Below are positions 58,453-64,000 of a DNA stretch of 64,000 nt, piece after piece. The DNA lies in contig CAVNZM010000002.1 of the NCBI GenBank assembly GCA_963693365.1, positions 16,091,615 to 16,155,614 of the forward strand, read 5' to 3'. Origin of the DNA: Amoebidium appalachense (taxonomy: Eukaryota > Protista > Ichthyosporea). The notes beneath the pieces are model-generated. The model was given only the letters and a program-made list of their open reading frames with translations, did no database searches and was not told the DNA's origin. How positions within the stretch are numbered: the stretch's first letter is position 1; the number at the start of each line of letters is the position of its first letter. Made by a program: the position numbers and the translations under genes.

Positions 58453-59754
58453 GCTCCATGGACTTTGTGGAATGACTTGAAAGATGCACGAATAACGGAA
58501 TAACTGACTCTGATTAGATGTTGATACTGATATTGGTTCGAGAACTATAAGTCTTCAAATAATTCGACGTGTACCTGCCGGAGCTGCGAGTTTTTTTCGC
58601 TCACGTTTTGGGTGGCATTTGTGGCACCAAGGCCTCCGTTTTTGTGTGCCGAGCCGAACGGCCTAGCGCCGGTACCGGCGGTGTCACGGGTTTGCTTGGA
58701 AGTTGGAACATCGCGCTCTAGAAAATATGCATAAGCATAATATCCAATCATCGAGCTGCACTTAAACACCAATCACAACAAGCTAGATCTAATTGACTTG
58801 CATTCCTCAGATCTCGGCACTGTAGCCCTACTCCCGGGAAGCGGGCAAGCGGCTGCCCGGCGTCGCACCGTGCGCACGCGTTCGACCACAACTGCTCCAT
58901 AACTGAACAGAAACCTTTCAAAATATTCTATAAGGCCAGCATAATAATCCATGGGGCTAGCACATAGATTTATTTCATATCAGTCGTAGTACTGTACCGC
59001 GGTAAGGTAAAACACATTCCAATGTAAATGCCTTTGAACCGAGGCGCCGTTTTATTGGTGTAGCGCGCATCAACCCTATCTATCATATGCTATTTTTAGT
59101 GTTTACAACTTGAACAGCCACGAGGCTTCATTGACAGCCACGGGCGTCTGTCAGTGCTCACGAATTCAACAGCAAAACTGTTTGTAAAAGAAGCACTGTT
59201 TGAGATGTTTGCTTGACTTGTGGTCAAAGCTTTGTGATTTTGGGTAAACAATCGCCCTCCGGAAAAGTGCTATAGCTGCTTTTTGTGTAAGACATCTCGG
59301 GAAATACATGGTTAGAATCTTTGGTGAGATGCGTATAGTTTGAGTAATTTTCTTTCAAAGACACAAGAGCATTCGTCCCCATCGCACGGCAGATGGTGTA
59401 GGATAGTCTGAGGTGGCAGTTGGCATAGGGTCAAGTGGTTGCATTGTCTTTCTTTTCATACAAAGTCAAACTAGTTTTGGCCATGCGGCTTAGTTGACAA
59501 ACAGCAACATCCTGGCTTTAGAGCATACTTATTCTGACTGCATCCGAAAAAGCGTGCCCACAGCGCAATTTTCTGCTGTGTTCTCGCCACCATCACCGCC
59601 GTAGGCCGTGTCACAGCAATTACACACAAGTAGGTTATATCATATATTATACAGATACTGAGGAAATAGCATCCACAAAGCTCCTATGCACATAAATTTC
59701 CAAAATCGGTCAAAAGGCCACTCATCAGCCAGCAATCACGCATAAGATCTGCAG

Positions 59755-59921
59755 ACTAGAGAATGGAAAAATGCAGATCGGGGGAGAAACAATGATTCCG
59801 ATGCCGAGGATCCAGTCAACAAGGAGATTGATAAGTACGGCAACTACCACAAGCTGGATAGGAAGGTGGGTGAGTGTAGTCGGTTGGCGAGGGGTGGGGG
59901 AAGGGGGTCGAGGGGCGGGCG

Positions 59922-59955
<34 letters not shown>

Positions 59956-60935
59956 TTGGTGGAAGATGTGCAAGAGGATATGAGTTGGGTAGGAGTGAGG
60001 TGCAGCACAGAGGGTGTAACAAGTGTTAAAGCGCGATTATGTGCATTCCAAGAAAGGCAAAAAGAATGAAGCGTGAAAGATGGCATTCAAAGAAAGGAAA
60101 AAGAATTGGGACAGCGGCGACTGGGGTAGAGGGAAGTTGAGTGTTGTTTTGCCTGGACGAATTTTCAGGTCGGCTTGCTTGCCGTGCATTTATAATCAAT
60201 ATAATTATAAAATGGCTGACTTCGAAACCTAAACAGTCACATCCTCCCAATTCTTACATTTCCATGTTTCCAAGATAAACAGAACATGGTTCTATTTGCG
60301 GGGTTTCCAGGGTGTCCATATAGGGTATCCGACTCAGTTGTCGTATTTGCACTATATTCAAAGCGCCAGGCTGTTAGAAAAAAATAGCTCAATCTAGTGG
60401 AGACCAGTGTAGATGCACAAATTGAAATAAAAGCCCCAGCCAGTTCCCACCCAACTATATGAACTCCCATTCTGTCCCACACCACCAACCTCATTGCCAT
60501 CAACACTCTTTAGAAGTAGCCAGCACCCCACCCCACTTCTTCTCTTCCCCTCAGGCATATGCAACACCCATTTCCTAAACCTCCAACCCTGACCCCCCCC
60601 AGCCCAACCACCACCACCATTACCACTGTCATCACCACGACGCCTTTCCCTTCGACCTTATAACCCAAACCCACCGCCAACACCATCAATTTAAAAGTCA
60701 ACATTCCCTCTCAAGAAATCCAAAGCTCCAAGTAACCCATCACCATTAACCATTTAATACCATCAGTTCCAGAACAAGTATTCACCTATGATCGATGAGG
60801 CCTGGTATGCCTATGACGAGTCCACGGGCATAGAGTGCATCTGGAACACTATCCGCCTGCGTGGCTTTGAGCCCGAGCACAAGCAGGCACTGCTGGACAG
60901 GCTGGCCATCCTCACAACTATAGACCACAAGTATT

Positions 60936-60982
<47 letters not shown>

Positions 60983-62118
60983 GAATAAATACATAAATAG
61001 TGGAGAGGGGGGAGGGGGGGGGGGCTGAGCAGATAGGGGGATCTTGTTCATGATATGATGTTAAAGAAAGCTGTCAAACTCAGGATATTTGAAAAATGCC
61101 GACAAGCAACCATGCATGGATAAAGAAATAATTAAAGAACACACACACAAACACACTATGGAAAACACACACACACACACACACACACACTCTCTCTCTC
61201 TCTCTCCCCCCCCTCCCTCTCCCACTCTCCCTCTTCCCCTCCCCCTTCCCTCTGTCACTCTCTCTCTCCTTCCCTCTCCCACTCCACCCCCCCCCCTTCT
61301 CTTCCCTCCCCCCGCTCTCCCTCTCTCACGCTCTCCCTCTTTCCCCCTCCCCCCCCCCCTCTCTCTATCTCTCTCTCTCTCTCTCTCTCCCCCCTCTCTC
61401 CCCGCCTCTCTCTTTCTCTCCCTCCCTCTCTCTCTTTCTCTCTCGTTCTCTCTCTCCCTCTCTCTCTCTCCCCCACCCCCCCCCCCCCCCCCCCCTCTCT
61501 CTCTCTCTCTTTCTCTCTACCCCCCCCCTCTCTCTCCCTCCCTCCCGCTCTCTCTAAACCCCCCCCCCCCTTCTCCCCCCCCCCCTCTCTCCCTGCCCCC
61601 CCCTCTCATTCATACTCACACTCACACACGCACACACACACACACACGCACACACACACACATTCTTACCCACTCCGTCACACGCAGCAATCTATGCCTT
61701 TTCAAAGCATACTGGGTGACTGCCGATCGAGATGATCCCGGGCAAGAGCTAGTGAGCTTTACTACCGAGGTTTTCACCTCGGGCACACTGAGGGGATATC
61801 TGAGGCAAAACATGAAGACAAAAACGGCCGTGCAGCCAAAACTGTGGAAAAGGTGGTGCCGCCAGATGCTGTCGGGTATGTGACATGAGTGATTTTCGAA
61901 GTTTTCCGGCGTAATCGGGTTTGGATTTTTGGGTTTGGGCGCTAATAAAAGGTTTGTAAACTCGTTTGTCGGTGTATTAGTATATGCCTTTGTTTGTTGA
62001 CGGATGCCCTCGTCATACATCTCTCCTTCCCTTCCTTCCTCCTTCCCCCTCTCTCTCTCCCTCTCTCGCCCTATCTCTCTCTCTCCCTCCCCCTCCCCCT
62101 CTCCCTCTCCCTCTTCTT

Positions 62119-62165
<47 letters not shown>

Positions 62166-63138
62166 CCCCCCCCCCCCCCCCCCCCCCCCCTTTTTTTTTT
62201 TGGGGGGGGGGGGGGGGGGGTAAATTCTATATCCTTTTTCTTGCTATTTCAACATAACGGTTTTTTGCTGTTTCTAAATGGAAATCGTGGCCATGGAGGT
62301 CTGGAGAGATGGAAGGCTGCAGAGTATGGAGACCAAGCGGGAGTGTATGTTTGGTTGTGTGGGGGGAGAGAGATTTATATAAGTCATTGTTCATTTGAGA
62401 CAGGCGGGGGCCGATGAATGGGTAGGGGTGTGGGTGAGTGGGTGGGTGGGTGGGTGGGTGGGTGGGTGGTTGTTGTGTGTGTGTGTGTGTGCTTGTGTTT
62501 GTGTGGTGTCGTGCTAGTTGTGTCTGACAAGTACTGCAGGTCTGCGCTGCCTGCACGCCAGGGGTCTTAGCCATTGCAATTTGGGCCTGGACACGGTGTG
62601 GGTGCAACATAATGGCCTGGTACCATGCCTTTCCCCATGCCGTCCTACCCTCCTTACTGCCCTCGAACCTATGATACTTATGTGGAGACCTTAAAGCAAG
62701 AACGGAACATATATACCTAACCTACACACTAATAGGTTAATCAATTATAAACCCCCATTCGCTGATATTGGGCAGGCCTCAGGGGTGGCTGGATCGGGCA
62801 TTTGAGGAGGAGTTTAGTGGGTTGTGGGTGTTGGTGTTGGTCCTGTTTTTTTTTGGTTTTTTTTTGTTTTGTTTTTTTTGAGCGGTAAGTGGAGAGGGGG
62901 AAGGGGGGGGGGGGGGGGGGGGGGGGGTCTGGATTCCTCTTTTTTTTGGTTTTTTTTTTGTTTTTTTTAATACTCACTGAAGAATCTCACCTCAGCTCAA
63001 GATAGCCGATCTATCGCGGGGCCACATCAAGCCACTGCGGCGCACAGCCACGCTGCCCCTGTATGCCCCCGAGGTGCACGACATGCTCGATTCTGATTGG
63101 CTGCCCGTGTCCGCGGATGTCTTTGCCTTTGGCCTAAT
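59755..63138 (+). CDS. NRBP/MADM-like pseudokinase (WNK-related), partial: first exon unresolved and gene probably continues past the window
   Basis: Exons ~59755-59865, 60773-60930, 61688-61875, 62540-62619, 62996-63138. AYDESTGIECIWN, FTTEVFTSGTLRGYL, WKRWCRQMLSGL, HCNLGLDTVWVQHNGLLKIAD, YAPE and DVFAFG match the NRBP pattern (HGNLTCDTIFIQHNGLIKIG). HRD and DFG are degenerate. Confidence 0.8.
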
Positions 63139-63181
63139 GTATCAACAACATCCCTTTCCCCCCCCCCCCCCCCCCCCCTGC

Positions 63182-63216
<35 letters not shown>

Positions 63217-63363
63217 TCCCCCCCCCCTCTTTCTCCATTCAAAGCACAAGAGACACACACACACACACATACACACAAGCATGCACAGGCACGCACGCGC
63301 ACGCGTTCACACACACGTGCGCGCACACACACACACACACATACTCACACTCCTGCTCACGCG

Positions 63364-63437
<74 letters not shown>

Positions 63438-63647
63438 TGCACACGGCGCATATATATTGCCTTTGCTTCACCCCCATCATAGGGTGACCTGCCTTTCTTT
63501 CCCCCCCTCACCCCCCCCCCTCCCCCCTTCCTGCAGGCCATGGGCATCTGGTATGCTTTAGTCCGATGTCCGCTGTCCATTCACACACACACACACACAC
63601 ACACACATGCAGGAAAATGTGGGGCAGGCACCGGGGCTGTAGGGTGG

Positions 63648-63722
<75 letters not shown>

Positions 63723-64000
63723 CAAAGAACTGCACGGATGTGGGAGTGGTGTGTGAGTGGCTGCATGGTTGTGTTGTGGACAGTCATCCATCTCATGAGC
63801 ATCGGGTGCATTACGTAAGTGCGCTTCCATGTTTGGACGTGTTCTGTGTTTTACTCTTGTTTGTTATGCGTATTTTTTTTTTCGTTCTGTCTCTCTTTCT
63901 TTCTACCCCCTCCCCCTCCTACCCCCGTCTCCCCCCCCCCCTCCCCGCACCCTCTAACGGATGCTCCCCCCCCCCCCCCTCCTCCCCCCCCCCCCCCCCC

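Overview
Eukaryotic genomic DNA with spliceosomal GT-AG introns packed with poly(C)/poly(G), (CA)n and (GA)n tracts. The gene set and repeat landscape suggest a unicellular holozoan such as an ichthyosporean (inference only). Most ORFs in the six-frame track are microsatellite artefacts. Manually spliced genes: a CDK9/CDK12-type CTD kinase (+, ~3175-18261), a CMTR1 cap1 2'-O-methyltransferase with G-patch and long disordered tail (-, 43643-30312), a GDAP1-like GST (+, 44519-~49993), an unknown intronless ORF (+, 54575-55162), an intronless CaiB/BaiF family III CoA-transferase (-, 58452-57055) and an NRBP-like pseudokinase (+, from ~59755, incomplete). A microsatellite-free transposon island (~19.5-29.5 kb) holds a tRNA-derived Pol III head, a decayed APE-RT LINE, a young copia-type TRIM inserted beside the RT active-site motif, and a second LINE copy tail-to-tail with the first. 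The most unusual signal is a dispersed family of 5'-truncated elements whose fixed 3' end abuts poly(C) tracts. Its two longest copies share a ~165-nt pseudoknotted RNA fold supported by compensatory changes. Coordinates were read by eye and some exon boundaries may be off by a few bases.
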